In this document: positions 38,086 to 48,409 of the stretch, one piece after another | Numbering within the stretch: the stretch's first letter is position 1 | Layout: every line of letters begins with the position of its first letter | DNA from: Nitrososphaeria archaeon | GTDB taxonomy: Archaea > Thermoproteota > Nitrososphaeria > JACIWG01 | Direction: 5' to 3' | Length of the DNA stretch: 64,000 nt | NCBI GenBank assembly: GCA_050011875.1 | Contig: JBEKIG010000015.1 | Coordinates: 32,001-96,000, forward strand | Translations under genes and position numbers: made by a program | Notes under the pieces: generated by a model | What the model was told of the DNA's origin: nothing | Seen by the model: only the letters and a program-made list of their open reading frames with translations | Database searches by the model: none

Positions 38086-39018
38086 CTATTTAACTTGTTT
38101 TGTCTGCTTTTTCTTCAGCTTATCCAACGTTGTGCATACAGAACACTTCTTTGAGAAGGTCGGATAGCCGCATCCTTCGCATCTATGCCCCTCCATTTTA
38201 GGCATTTCCATAAAGCTTGGGACGTTGACTGCGGAGTTGAAGAAGGAATATTTTATGCCAGGGTGGTTCTTTTCAAGAATGTTCATGATGTCTCTTATTT
38301 CGGAACGAATCCCCTCATGCATGTATGGACATGAAACCTTCTGAAAGCGCTCCTTATTCAAGAAGGAATAGACTGCCACCTCTTCTTCATAAAGTTCTGC
38401 AAGAGGCTTTATCCTCCTCTGACTAAAGAGTTCGGTTTCATTATGTAAGGGCAGATTCCAAGGCAAACGTTTCACGTCGTTGTTGAGCAGATTGATCAAA
38501 AACGTTTGGGCGATATCATCCAAGTTATGTGCTGTAGCTACTACGTGGACGTCCAACTTCTGAGCTATAAGGTCCATTGCCCTACGTCTAAGTATACCAC
38601 ATATGCTGCAGGAGGATTCGTCGTCCTTTAGCAGTTCTATTTCATCCATCGAATAACCAAACAGATCCTTGAAACTGAAGATGTAATGAGGGATACCTAG
38701 AGCGGAGCAAGCGTCTTCAGCTATTTCGACAGCATCCTCCCTATAACCTCTGATACCTTCGTCAATAGTCGCAGCTATAATCTCGGACGCATGCGACCTC
38801 GCAATGTTATTCATTATTCTCAACATTGCAATACTGTCTTTACCTCCAGAAACCATGAGCAGAATCTTTTCCCCATAGTTCAGCATTTTAAACTTTGAGA
38901 TTGTCCGGACAACCTTCTCCTCTAACGACATTTTAAAGCATCTGCTGCAGAGATATTCTCCCGAATAGAGTCGATTATACACCGCTAGGTCACCGCATTT
39001 GGAACATCTGTTACCCAA
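38086..39018 (-). CDS. ncsA: tRNA 2-thiolation protein (NcsA/TtuA/Ctu1 family)
   Basis: N- and C-terminal Zn fingers, SGGKDS PP-loop, CxxCGILRR, TAHNLDD, CPY. Confidence 0.9.
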   Translation of the reverse strand: MGNRCSKCGDLAVYNRLYSGEYLCSRCFKMSLEEKVVRTISKFKMLNYGEKILLMVSGGKDSIAMLRIMNNIARSHASEIIAATIDEGIRGYREDAVEIAEDACSALGIPHYIFSFKDLFGYSMDEIELLKDDESSCSICGILRRRAMDLIAQKLDVHVVATAHNLDDIAQTFLINLLNNDVKRLPWNLPLHNETELFSQRRIKPLAELYEEEVAVYSFLNKERFQKVSCPYMHEGIRSEIRDIMNILEKNHPGIKYSFFNSAVNVPSFMEMPKMEGHRCEGCGYPTFSKKCSVCTTLDKLKKKQTKQVK

Positions 39019-39521
39019 ACGTCTCCGCCTCAGCCGCCTACATATTTGCGACCGTAGCCATGTTTATAACAGTTATAGGAGTTAAGTCCCAATTAGCCTA
39101 ATTGAAATTGAGGCTTAAAGCAAGCGTCTTACAAACTTATGCAATGCGATATTTGTGGTTAAATATATTGTTGGAGTAATTACAGGACGTCAATGAAGAA
39201 ATGGAATGGACTTTTTTCGTAATAATATTGGATAGAACGATATTAAGTAATGTCTTTGAGACGTCTAATAGCACTTCAATAGAAGGACCATTTTAGGAGC
39301 TTGCGAACAGGTTTGAAGCTTGTAGAAAGTATGATCATGATGCTTAGAGTGGTTTTCGCTCAAATCACCGAGCATAACATATACACTCGTTGGGATGATA
39401 GGAGCGCTTCTCTTCTTTAGCAGGTTGAATAAAAGAATAGTAATAGATCTCATAAAAGGGGCCATAATAATGGCAGTAATAACTGAAGTTATATTTCCAT
39501 TTCTAGTATAATTGCGTAGGA

Positions 39522-40586
39522 TCACCTTATCCTGTATCTAAAGAGTGCTGCAACACCACCTATGGACTCCAGTTGGATGCCCACATTCGTGTTGCTGTCT
39601 AAAAAATAGAGGGAGCTTTTATACCCCGTTAAAGTAGAAAAGATTTGAACAAGTTTCTCTTCGTCAACTGAAGATTTTGAGAGGTAGCCTTTTGAAATTA
39701 ATAGCGAATCAACGGCCCCGTTAGCACACATATATTCGATTTCTTCTAAGGAAACGCTTGCCAACCCGTCACCTTTATAAAGCGAGCTTAACACCTTCGC
39801 CATAGCCTCTTTTGTTTTAGAGAAGAAGTTATATTGTAACACCTTAGAAAATCCTTCTGAATTCAACGCCATCCTTATACCATCAAATCCGGATGTGTCA
39901 ACACCTTCCAGTAGCACGACCTGCAGCTTATCTAGACCAAACGAAGATTCGACATAACCCTTAAAATTCGACTTTAGCGGGCCAGGACCAGTTACGATAA
40001 GCTTCTTAATATTTTCAAAAAAGGGGGAAACAACCTTCAAAATTTTATCGAAAAACACCGAATCCTTCTCCCTCTTTGTTTCATAAAGCTTCCCCTGATA
40101 GTTTGACTGGACTTCAGCAACGTATTCAACTTTACTGCCCTTAACTTTACCGATACCGGCTGCCAAGGAATCGATGGAAACTATGACGAACGCATCTTGT
40201 TTAACGCTCAATCCAAGAAGATTGAAATCGATTTGGCCCTCACATTTGATCAGCAGAAATTTGATTCCAGGTGTAACTTCAATGGAGTGTCGTGACCCTT
40301 GAGAAATATTTTCGTCCGAGGCACCCTGTATCTCCCCCGTAATTCTCAGTAATTCGAAAGATTTTTCAAAAGACACTTTCTCAACTTTGACCGTTATAAC
40401 AACGCTCTTCCTGTCCTTTTCAACATGCCTTGAAAAAACCTTCTCTATCTTTATTGTCCTTACAGTTTTAGTAGAAACTAAATCCCCTTTTCTTACGTAT
40501 AATCTAATGAAGAGTATGTCTTCTATGGTTTCTGGAATAATTTCTGCGCTACTTTTTGTGAGCCTCTTAAACCACACATAACTCAC
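39522..40586 (-). CDS. pelA: mRNA surveillance protein Pelota
   Basis: PETIED, LRITG.I, HSIEV, GPG, GGVAALFRY; eRF1-like three-domain layout without GGQ. Confidence 0.85.
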   Translation of the reverse strand: MSYVWFKRLTKSSAEIIPETIEDILFIRLYVRKGDLVSTKTVRTIKIEKVFSRHVEKDRKSVVITVKVEKVSFEKSFELLRITGEIQGASDENISQGSRHSIEVTPGIKFLLIKCEGQIDFNLLGLSVKQDAFVIVSIDSLAAGIGKVKGSKVEYVAEVQSNYQGKLYETKREKDSVFFDKILKVVSPFFENIKKLIVTGPGPLKSNFKGYVESSFGLDKLQVVLLEGVDTSGFDGIRMALNSEGFSKVLQYNFFSKTKEAMAKVLSSLYKGDGLASVSLEEIEYMCANGAVDSLLISKGYLSKSSVDEEKLVQIFSTLTGYKSSLYFLDSNTNVGIQLESIGGVAALFRYRIR

Positions 40587-40601
40587 ATTAAAGGAACTTT
40601 T

Positions 40602-41738
40602 CTAGAAATCATCTAGAGTCAAAATTGCTACGGAAGCAGGCTTTTTGGATACCTCGCCTATTCTATGGCCAACAACTGTTACAATACCCCTTCTTTCTGC
40701 GAGGTCGACTATCCTCTGCGATATAATACCGTCAAATATCAGGTATCTGGCGTTGTTTAGCTCTTCCGACTCAAGATGCTTAGCTAATTCGCTGACAGGA
40801 ATCTTCTCAATTTCCTTTAGATTTACGTCCAAAAGCATGGCTTCCAGAGTATTATCTAAAGAGGGTTTCAACTGTTTGACCTTTTCTGCTACTTCTGGTT
40901 GAATGCTGACAGGCTCTTTCTTGGGAGGGGAGGGAGGCTGACTTACTCCACTAATCGATTCCACCACCTCTACCGGTGACAATTCTTCAACTTCTCTGCC
41001 TGACGGAGCTCTGATTACCTTCTCAATCTTTGCGACCTGAGAAAGTTCCTTTAGAATAAGGTCTCCACCCCTATCGCCGTCGAGGAACGCAATTATCTTC
41101 TTGTTTTTACTTAACTCTATTACCGACTGCGGGATACCTGTGCCATCGATTCCGACAGCATTTTCTATGCCTGCACGCAAAAGGTTCAGAACGTCTGCAC
41201 GTCCTTCAACCAGTATTACGGTATCCGATTTCTCGACAGCAGGACCTGCGGGAAGCTTTTCCTTACCAAAAGCGACGATCTTGGATTTGCCCATCGATTC
41301 ACTGATATCCTTCAGTATTTTGTCGCCTTCGGTCATCACTCTCTTGGACCAGTCCCTAGCTATTTCTTTAGCTCTCTCTTTTATCTGTTTAACCTTTTCA
41401 ACACGTATATCCTCCATCGAAATCAGCTTGAACCTCCCAGTGCATGGACCTACGCGGTCAACGCTTTCAACCGTTGCAGCGATCAAGCTCGTGGTCTCGA
41501 AATCTGTTGATGTAGGTATCATTACTTCACCGAATGTTCTATCGTTCTTTGATTCTAGGTTTATCTCTATTCGGCCGATCTTCCACGTCTTCTGTAATTC
41601 GTTTAGATCAAATTCTGGGCCGAAAAGGCCTTCAGTCTGACCAAAAATCGCGCCTACAACGTCGGCGCGTTCGACGACGCCTTCAATTTCAAATTTTAAA
41701 CGTATTAAATATTTAGTTGGAGTTGACAATTTTATCAA
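40602..41738 (-). CDS. dnaG: Archaeal DnaG (TOPRIM, exosome-associated)
   Basis: GAIFGQTEGL, IGRIE, VEGRADV, FLDGDRGG, FDGIISQR. Confidence 0.95.
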   Translation of the reverse strand: MIKLSTPTKYLIRLKFEIEGVVERADVVGAIFGQTEGLFGPEFDLNELQKTWKIGRIEINLESKNDRTFGEVMIPTSTDFETTSLIAATVESVDRVGPCTGRFKLISMEDIRVEKVKQIKERAKEIARDWSKRVMTEGDKILKDISESMGKSKIVAFGKEKLPAGPAVEKSDTVILVEGRADVLNLLRAGIENAVGIDGTGIPQSVIELSKNKKIIAFLDGDRGGDLILKELSQVAKIEKVIRAPSGREVEELSPVEVVESISGVSQPPSPPKKEPVSIQPEVAEKVKQLKPSLDNTLEAMLLDVNLKEIEKIPVSELAKHLESEELNNARYLIFDGIISQRIVDLAERRGIVTVVGHRIGEVSKKPASVAILTLDDF

Positions 41739-41774
41739 TCGACTGTGTTTTAAAAAACTATTATTTAAGCTATT

Positions 41775-42149
41775 TTAGATGTACCGTTTAATTAGAGAAG
41801 GAAACTCTTCTAAGTGAAGGACAGAGCCGCCGCCGATTTTATATACCTCCTTTCTATACCATAAATCATATTTTATACCTCTTACACTGAACTTCGATAC
41901 CAACCTCTTACAGATAGACCAACCTTCCCTATCATTATCAACCAATATTATGACCTTTGAGTAGGAACGAGCCAACTGAAAAAGGTCGACGTGATTTGAT
42001 TTATGGCTGTATAAATATGGCTCCCCAACCACCCCTAACTCATCTAAGGCTTTCGCATCGTTTGGTCCTTCAACTACGATCAACGCATTGCTCTTGATTT
42101 CATCATTAAGGGCCTTTATGAGGTCAATAAGCCTTTCTAGTTCAACCAA
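41775..42149 (-). CDS. Small stand-alone TOPRIM domain protein
   Basis: VVEGPND..AL, ILVDNDREG; start moved to TTG 42149 because the upstream part overlaps a structured RNA. Confidence 0.8.
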   Translation of the reverse strand: MVELERLIDLIKALNDEIKSNALIVVEGPNDAKALDELGVVGEPYLYSHKSNHVDLFQLARSYSKVIILVDNDREGWSICKRLVSKFSVRGIKYDLWYRKEVYKIGGGSVLHLEEFPSLIKRYI

Positions 42150-42177
42150 CTTTTTTCTGCTGAACTTTGGTCGATTA

Positions 42178-42347
42178 GAATGTACCCCGCCTCTGAACGG
42201 TTTTGGACCATCTGAGCCTTGTAAAGGCATTTCACCAAACCTCTTTATGCGGGGCTTTGACATCCGTCTGTTGCGTCGCTGGGTTAACCCTATGCATCAT
42301 TAGATCAGCTAGGGCCGTCGCCACGCTTTTACGACGGATGTCAACCC
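42178..42347 (-). ncRNA. Two-unit H/ACA-type guide RNA
   Basis: Hairpin with CTGA-TCTA-ATGA K-loop followed by ACA; second hairpin GCCCCGC/GCGGGGT followed by ACA about 15 nt from the pocket top; TATA-like element upstream. Confidence 0.75.
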
Positions 42348-42391
42348 TCTGAAACGACCTGATAGGATAAAAAGTTTTCTTAATCATTTCA

Positions 42392-44029
42392 TCATTTCGA
42401 AAGTAACTTTGTCAGGTTGATTTCTAGTGCGGTTACAGGATTTCTTAAGGAAGACTGAGAAATGTATAGAGGGGACACCTCTCCGAGTACGCCGATATAT
42501 GCGCCATCCTCGTAGATCGAGGCGCAGCGGCCGCTGATAAAGTAATCGTGTGATGAAGCATTCATCTTACAGTTCTTTACTCCCAAGTAATCAAGGATTG
42601 AAAAGGCGGTCGATTTAATTTCCGTAAACGTTGTCTCAGAATGAGATATCATAGAGGATACCTTAACGTTTTCTACTATTTCCTGACCTCCTTCCCTAAG
42701 TTCGAAGGAACGCCCTATCTCAAAAATTTTCTGAGGATACTGTTCATGAACGTTCGATGATAGTGTCTGCAAAAGTTGGGGGATAACGGAACATCTGAGT
42801 ACATTGTATTCTTGTGTCTTAGAGTACTCTACCTCTATCAGCGAAGACGAAAAAGGCTGCTGTAGTTCTTTATTTGAAAGATAAAAGTTCATGACTTCTA
42901 TGAATCCTAAACCGATCAGACAAAGACGGACATCTTCAACCTTTTCTTTGGCTTTCAATGGCTTACCCTGCTGTGGCAGACGAAGTTCAAGCGGAGTGAT
43001 TTTATCGTATCCGTAGCCGTAGCCAACCTCCTCTATAAGGTCAACTTCATGTAAGATATCGATTCTATACCTTGGAACGGACACCTCTATCAGGTTTCCT
43101 TTCTTTAAAGAGCGCATGTTGACCTTTTTCAGCAAATTTATCGTTTCATCAAAATCTGTCGTAACGCCTAAGATTCGTCTTATTTCGTCAATTTTAAGGT
43201 ACATTTTTTTCGGAGCCAACACTGGGCTCTCGAATGATCTTTCAGGTCTGACTATCTTTATCTTATAGACAGAAGCACCGTAGTCTATTAAGGTTGTAGC
43301 CAGCAAGGCCAGCGCATCCTCAACCGGAGAAAGCTCGGTTCCCGTTACGTCGACAAAGAGGTTATTGGTTCTTTCGGTCAGAACTGTTACATTTCCATTG
43401 ATTATCGGCGGGAGTGAGAGAACCTGATCCAAGGAGTCCTTCAATATCGGAAAAATGTTTTTTAAAGAAAGAAGGTTTCCATAATGAACACCCTGTTCCG
43501 TCTGTTTTAAGATTTCTTCGACTGACAAAGGGGAAGTGCCATTTAAGGGTGTAAACTTGAAACCTGCATTTTCAGTTGTGTAATAGATTGGTGGAACTAT
43601 TCTTGACGCATCATGTAAACCTATGGCAAATTTTCTCCTTTTTCTCCCAATACCGTTGTGAAGGTCTTCCTGGAAGGATATGAGCTCCTTCAGGATAGAT
43701 TCGGAGAAATCTAGCTTAGCAAACAGTCCAAGTATATACGGTCTAATCGCTTCTACACTCTTATCTACATTTACTCGGATATCGTAAGCTGGTAAATCGT
43801 ATTCCACCTTCGTCTCTTCTCCAAAGTTAAGATAATTCAATGCCTTAGCGATACCGGCAGGAGACCCATAATCGGGACGATTTGGGCTGTATTCGACCTT
43901 GACTTCGTCATTATTCGAGTCTTCGATATCTAATCCGATATAAGGTAAAAGCTCTAAGATTTGGCCGCTCGAAAGAGACTTCTTTAGGAATGAATTAAAC
44001 CTGTCGTATCTAATAGTTAGTACGGGCAT
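42392..44029 (-). CDS. pheT: Phenylalanine--tRNA ligase beta subunit
   Basis: PNRPD, FQEDLH..IGRKRRK.AIGLHD, LSLPPIIN, RIDILHEVDLIEE. Confidence 0.96.
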   Translation of the reverse strand: MPVLTIRYDRFNSFLKKSLSSGQILELLPYIGLDIEDSNNDEVKVEYSPNRPDYGSPAGIAKALNYLNFGEETKVEYDLPAYDIRVNVDKSVEAIRPYILGLFAKLDFSESILKELISFQEDLHNGIGRKRRKFAIGLHDASRIVPPIYYTTENAGFKFTPLNGTSPLSVEEILKQTEQGVHYGNLLSLKNIFPILKDSLDQVLSLPPIINGNVTVLTERTNNLFVDVTGTELSPVEDALALLATTLIDYGASVYKIKIVRPERSFESPVLAPKKMYLKIDEIRRILGVTTDFDETINLLKKVNMRSLKKGNLIEVSVPRYRIDILHEVDLIEEVGYGYGYDKITPLELRLPQQGKPLKAKEKVEDVRLCLIGLGFIEVMNFYLSNKELQQPFSSSLIEVEYSKTQEYNVLRCSVIPQLLQTLSSNVHEQYPQKIFEIGRSFELREGGQEIVENVKVSSMISHSETTFTEIKSTAFSILDYLGVKNCKMNASSHDYFISGRCASIYEDGAYIGVLGEVSPLYISQSSLRNPVTALEINLTKLLSK

Positions 44030-45527
44030 ATTTTACACCTCTCAACCAGTCCAAGTTATTTTTATACAGAAACCTGATTTCTTCCACATCGTAAGCTAAC
44101 ATTATCAATCTTTCAAGCCCGCCTCCCCAAGCTAGAACAGGGTTCTTTACGCCAGATGGTAGAGTTACTTCTGGCCTAAAAACACCCATACCACACAATT
44201 CTATCCACTTCCCTAATCTATCGACGTAAGCGACAGCTTCAAGTGAAGGTTCAGTGTACGGAAAGAACGTAGGCCAAAACTTGACCTTCTCAAAACCGAG
44301 CTCTTTGTAGAAGGAACTTAAAACCCCGATCAGATTTCTCAGCGTGACGTTGCGACCTGTAACTATCCCTTCATATTGATAGAACTCAAATAGGTGCTTA
44401 TTGTCCAAGTTTTCATTCCTGAACACTCTGTCGATGGAGAAAACCTTTGCTGATGAGGGCTTGTGATCGTAAAGATATTGTACAGTAATCGGTGTAGTAT
44501 GGGTTCTTAGCACCATCTTTTTGGCTTCTTTCAGAGACCACTTATAACCCCAGCCAGTTGAACCTGTGTCACCACCATTCTCGTGTACGTCTTTTATGGC
44601 GTCCACTGGAGCCTCCTTTTCAAGATCCTTTGCCAATACATCCCTTAAATAGAAGGTGTCCTGCATTTCTCTTGCAGAGTGATCTTGAGGTATGAAAAGT
44701 GCATCAAAATTCCAAAATGAAGGAAGAGCAATGGGTCCTTCGATTTCTTCAAACCCAAGACACAAGAAAATTTCTCTGGCCCTGTCAATAAAATCCTGAA
44801 CCGGATGCTTTTTTCCAGGATACAGTGTTGGGACAGGACTCCCTATATCATATGGTCTAAAGACGACTTCCCTCCACCTTCCCGTTAAAAGTAGTTCAGG
44901 AGTAAGTTTGTCTTCATACGACTTCGTCTCATATTCATCCAATATCGCCAAAGCCGGGGAGGAAACCTTTATCGTAGTTTGACTTACTTCTTTTGATAAG
45001 ATATAATCAGGTCTCTTCTCCAGTTCCTCAAGCGCTTCCTTTTCATCCTCGCTCAGTGCTCTAACATCAACTTCTTTAAGAGAAAAAATTTTCTTGATAA
45101 GGGACTCCGTCGACAGCGTTCGATCACTTTCAGCTTCAAGAAGTGTTTTGCCGTCCTTTGTCAGTTTAACTAAACCCTTCCTTGTTGAGATACCTAGGGC
45201 TGCTGAAAACTCCTTTTCACCCATCTTCAGTTCCCTTCTTACATCCTCCAATGGGGTTTTCCCCCCTTTATTCATCAAAAGCAATTGAATACGTTTCTCC
45301 GGAAGCCCGTCTTTAACGCTTCTCTCACCGGCTGAACCCAACCCTATAAGAACCTTCGAATCCTTTTGCACTTCGATAAGATTCTTTTCCTTTAGCCACT
45401 CTATACCGCGTCGAACCTGATCTAGAGAAAGACCGGTAATTGAAGGGAGAAGTTCAAGGTTTACACTTTCTTTCGTCCTTAGCACGCTGAGGATCTTGAC
45501 TTCGATCGGATGTAGTACGATGCCCAT
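44010..45527 (-). CDS. pheS: Phenylalanine--tRNA ligase alpha subunit
   Basis: WNFDALFIPQDHSAREMQDTF, LRTHTT, FPYTEPS, GMGVFRPE. Confidence 0.96.
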   Translation of the reverse strand: MGIVLHPIEVKILSVLRTKESVNLELLPSITGLSLDQVRRGIEWLKEKNLIEVQKDSKVLIGLGSAGERSVKDGLPEKRIQLLLMNKGGKTPLEDVRRELKMGEKEFSAALGISTRKGLVKLTKDGKTLLEAESDRTLSTESLIKKIFSLKEVDVRALSEDEKEALEELEKRPDYILSKEVSQTTIKVSSPALAILDEYETKSYEDKLTPELLLTGRWREVVFRPYDIGSPVPTLYPGKKHPVQDFIDRAREIFLCLGFEEIEGPIALPSFWNFDALFIPQDHSAREMQDTFYLRDVLAKDLEKEAPVDAIKDVHENGGDTGSTGWGYKWSLKEAKKMVLRTHTTPITVQYLYDHKPSSAKVFSIDRVFRNENLDNKHLFEFYQYEGIVTGRNVTLRNLIGVLSSFYKELGFEKVKFWPTFFPYTEPSLEAVAYVDRLGKWIELCGMGVFRPEVTLPSGVKNPVLAWGGGLERLIMLAYDVEEIRFLYKNNLDWLRGVKYARTNY

Positions 45528-45593
45528 TAAATCTACTTGCCGCATATGTTTCTCATAATGTTTTTAAATCTTTTCAAAGAACCTTTCTCGAGA

Positions 45594-46742
45594 ATGGAAA
45601 AGACAGAAAACAACGGCAACGAAGTTACGCCATGGACAGTTGAAGGAGAAGTGGACTACGATAGGTTAGTGGAAGAGTTTGGCACAAGGTACATAGACGA
45701 TGGTATACTGGAGAACTTCAAGAAGTTTACTGGGGAAGTTAACTTTTTTATAAGAAGAGGCTTCTTCTTCAGCCACCGCGATCTTGACTGGATATTTAAA
45801 AAATACGAGGAGGGTGAAAAGTTTTATCTTTACACGGGAAGAGGCCCGTCTGGAAGGGTTCATCTCGGCCACCTCCTACCATGGTTCTTTACAAAGTATC
45901 TTCAGGAAAAATTCGACGTCCAGCTATTGTTCCAGGTTACGGATGACGAAAAGTTTCTCTATAGAGATCAGCTCTCTCTCGAGCAAGTCAACGAAATGAC
46001 CGCAGACAACCTGTTGGACATTATTGCCGTCGGTTTTAATTCAAAAAAGACGCAGATTCTAGTAGACACCGAGGGTATAAGAGAACTTTACCCTCTATCC
46101 ATTAAAATAGCTAAGGCAATAACCCTCTCAACCGTTAAGGCGGTCTTCGGGTTCCAAGACTCAACCAACATTGGAATGGCCTTCTTCCCATCGATTCAGG
46201 CAACCCCTTCCTTTCTATATTCCTACAAGCTAAGGAAGAAAGTGCCTTGCCTGATACCGGCTGCGATAGACCAGGACAACTTTTGGAGAATGACACGGGA
46301 CGTGGCAGAGAAACTGGATTACTATAAACCGGCGCAGGTACACTCTAAGTTCCTCCCAGCGCTAAACAAGGAAGGGAAGATGTCATCGTCTTCACCTGAG
46401 AGCGCGATCTACACAACCGATAAACCTAAGGAGATAGAAAGGAAGATTAAAAACGCGTTCACCGGAGGGCAGCCTACGATAAAGGAGCAGAGGGAAAAGG
46501 GAGCAAACCCCAATATTTGTCCCGTTTTCTGGTACGAACAATACTTTTTTGAGCCCGACGACAGAAAATTGGAGGAAATAAGACACGATTGTATATGCGG
46601 AAAACTCTTATGTGGCGAACACAAGTTGTCCCTTATAGGAAAGATCAAGAAGTTCCTAGAAGATTTCCAAGCTAAACGTGATGAGGCAAAGGCAGAAGTT
46701 AAGGAGTTCCTTTACGACCCGAGCAGAGAAGTTGTCCTTTAG
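45594..46742 (+). CDS. trpS: Tryptophan--tRNA ligase
   Basis: VTPW, YTGRGPS..HLGH, AIDQD, KMSSS, AFTGG. Confidence 0.96.
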   Translation: MEKTENNGNEVTPWTVEGEVDYDRLVEEFGTRYIDDGILENFKKFTGEVNFFIRRGFFFSHRDLDWIFKKYEEGEKFYLYTGRGPSGRVHLGHLLPWFFTKYLQEKFDVQLLFQVTDDEKFLYRDQLSLEQVNEMTADNLLDIIAVGFNSKKTQILVDTEGIRELYPLSIKIAKAITLSTVKAVFGFQDSTNIGMAFFPSIQATPSFLYSYKLRKKVPCLIPAAIDQDNFWRMTRDVAEKLDYYKPAQVHSKFLPALNKEGKMSSSSPESAIYTTDKPKEIERKIKNAFTGGQPTIKEQREKGANPNICPVFWYEQYFFEPDDRKLEEIRHDCICGKLLCGEHKLSLIGKIKKFLEDFQAKRDEAKAEVKEFLYDPSREVVL

Positions 46743-47190
46743 AATCAATTTCCCTGTTTCTTATCTTCGTAGAGGAGATTCTCTCACCATCTTCGGCGTA
46801 AACAAGAGGGACAACAACCTTCACTAATGGAGTTAATCCCATAGAAAATCTTATCAAGTTACATTCGTCTGCAAAGATCTGCGTTTCTTCGCTGACAACA
46901 ATAGTAACTGACTTCGGAAACAATGCAGGACCATAACGATCTTTGAGTTCAAATATCGAGCACCTTCCTAAAGCACCCTTTGTTTTCAAGTAAGATCGCA
47001 GTAGCTCAAATCTCTGTTTGTAGTTATGGTCCACACATTTACCAATTTCCTCTAAGAAGGAGTCTGAAGACAACCCAATTATCACTTTGTTACCCAAGCT
47101 AAGAACACAATCCAATAGAAGAACGTGTCCCTTGTGTATATAATCAAAGGTACCACCAACAACTACTTGTTTAAAAAGACGCTTTGACAT
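46699..47190 (-). CDS. coaD: Phosphopantetheine adenylyltransferase
   Basis: GGTFDYIHKGH, YGPA, VVSEET, ISSTKIR. Confidence 0.92.
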   Translation of the reverse strand: MSKRLFKQVVVGGTFDYIHKGHVLLLDCVLSLGNKVIIGLSSDSFLEEIGKCVDHNYKQRFELLRSYLKTKGALGRCSIFELKDRYGPALFPKSVTIVVSEETQIFADECNLIRFSMGLTPLVKVVVPLVYAEDGERISSTKIRNREIDSKGQLLCSGRKGTP

Positions 47191-47289
47191 TCGTATTCGC
47201 CTTTTTTTGATACATCTTCTGCCCTCTTACTAAATAAAGATTTAACTAGAGAAAGTTGTGTAGAAATAAGACAAGAAAATATAGTTGAG

Positions 47290-48201
47290 ATGAAAAACTT
47301 GAGTGTAGAAGAGCAGGAATCCTATTTCAAAGCCGGGAAGATAGCTTCTCAGATCATAAAGGAAGCTAGGAGTAGAATAAGACCAGGAACCAGCTTCCAA
47401 GAGATCTGTAGAATAGTGGAGGATAGAAGCGCTGAACTGGGAGGAGAACAGGCTTTCCCAGCAAACATATGTATTAACGAGGTAACAGCACACGATACTG
47501 CTGGAATAGACGACATAAGAATAATAGGTGAAAGAGACCTTGTCAAATTGGACATCGGAATCCATGTGAACGGCTTTATAGCCGACACGGCTATAACAAT
47601 CAATTTTAATGAGGAATATGCTGACATGACCAGAGCTAATCTTGAAGTGCTTAATACGGCTCTCAAGAAGGTGAAGGCAGGGGAAAGTATTAATGAAGTA
47701 GGCAGAACGATATATAATGCGACAACTCAAATGGGGTACAAGACAATCTTCAATCTTTCAGGACATTCTCTTGGACAGTTTCAGATTCATTCAGGCCAGT
47801 CGATACCCAATACCCCTGTCAAAGGATTACTGGGGAGATTCGGTGAAGGGAAAGGTTATGCGATAGAGCCTTTTCTTACAACAAAGAGCGCAGCGGCCTT
47901 CGTTGATGAGACAGATAGTGTTCACATTTTCAGCGTAATCAGAAGAAAGCGACTTAAGGACAAGGTGGCAGATTCCCTTTTAGAAAAAATCTGGGAGAGA
48001 AGAAAGACGTTACCCTTTACCATCCGATGGTTTACTGACTTATATGAAAAAAAGGAACTGCAAAATGCAATAGTATACCTTGTCAAGAACAAGATGATAA
48101 GGGAGTATCCTGTTTTGAAGGAGGCGACCAATCAAATCGTCAGCCAATACGAGCATACGGTGCTAGTCATGAAAAACAATACGATTATTACGACAGCGTA
48201 A
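47290..48201 (+). CDS. map: Type II methionine aminopeptidase
   Basis: AFP, AH, KLDIGIHVNGFIADTA, LSGH, IH.G, AIEPF, QYEHT. Confidence 0.95.
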   Translation: MKNLSVEEQESYFKAGKIASQIIKEARSRIRPGTSFQEICRIVEDRSAELGGEQAFPANICINEVTAHDTAGIDDIRIIGERDLVKLDIGIHVNGFIADTAITINFNEEYADMTRANLEVLNTALKKVKAGESINEVGRTIYNATTQMGYKTIFNLSGHSLGQFQIHSGQSIPNTPVKGLLGRFGEGKGYAIEPFLTTKSAAAFVDETDSVHIFSVIRRKRLKDKVADSLLEKIWERRKTLPFTIRWFTDLYEKKELQNAIVYLVKNKMIREYPVLKEATNQIVSQYEHTVLVMKNNTIITTA

Positions 48202-48208
48202 ATGGAAG

Positions 48209-48409
48209 TTATTTTTTGATAAGCTCTTCTTTGTAGATCGCGTCCATCATCGTCTTTGAGCCGCACTTTTGGCACTTACTGCCCTCTTTAAAGATGAAAT
48301 CACCAAACTGGAACGGTCTTTTCATCTTTAGACCGCAGGATGAACACCCCTCCACGGTAACGATCCTGAAAGGCTTTTTGTCCTGACCTTTAAACAGTAG
48401 GTTCGCCAT
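48209..48409 (-). CDS. Small Zn-ribbon protein
   Basis: CSSCG...RPFQFGDFIFK...CQKCG; translationally coupled to the DUF1512 gene. Confidence 0.75.
   Translation of the reverse strand: MANLLFKGQDKKPFRIVTVEGCSSCGLKMKRPFQFGDFIFKEGSKCQKCGSKTMMDAIYKEELIKK

Noticed and set aside
39100-39525. 86-aa minus-strand ORF, or a plus-strand membrane-protein remnant
   Set aside because: No recognisable motif; the plus-strand hydrophobic frame is broken by stops and cannot be assigned.
46699-46742. 44-bp convergent overlap of trpS and coaD
   Set aside because: Short tail-to-tail overlaps are common in compact archaeal genomes.
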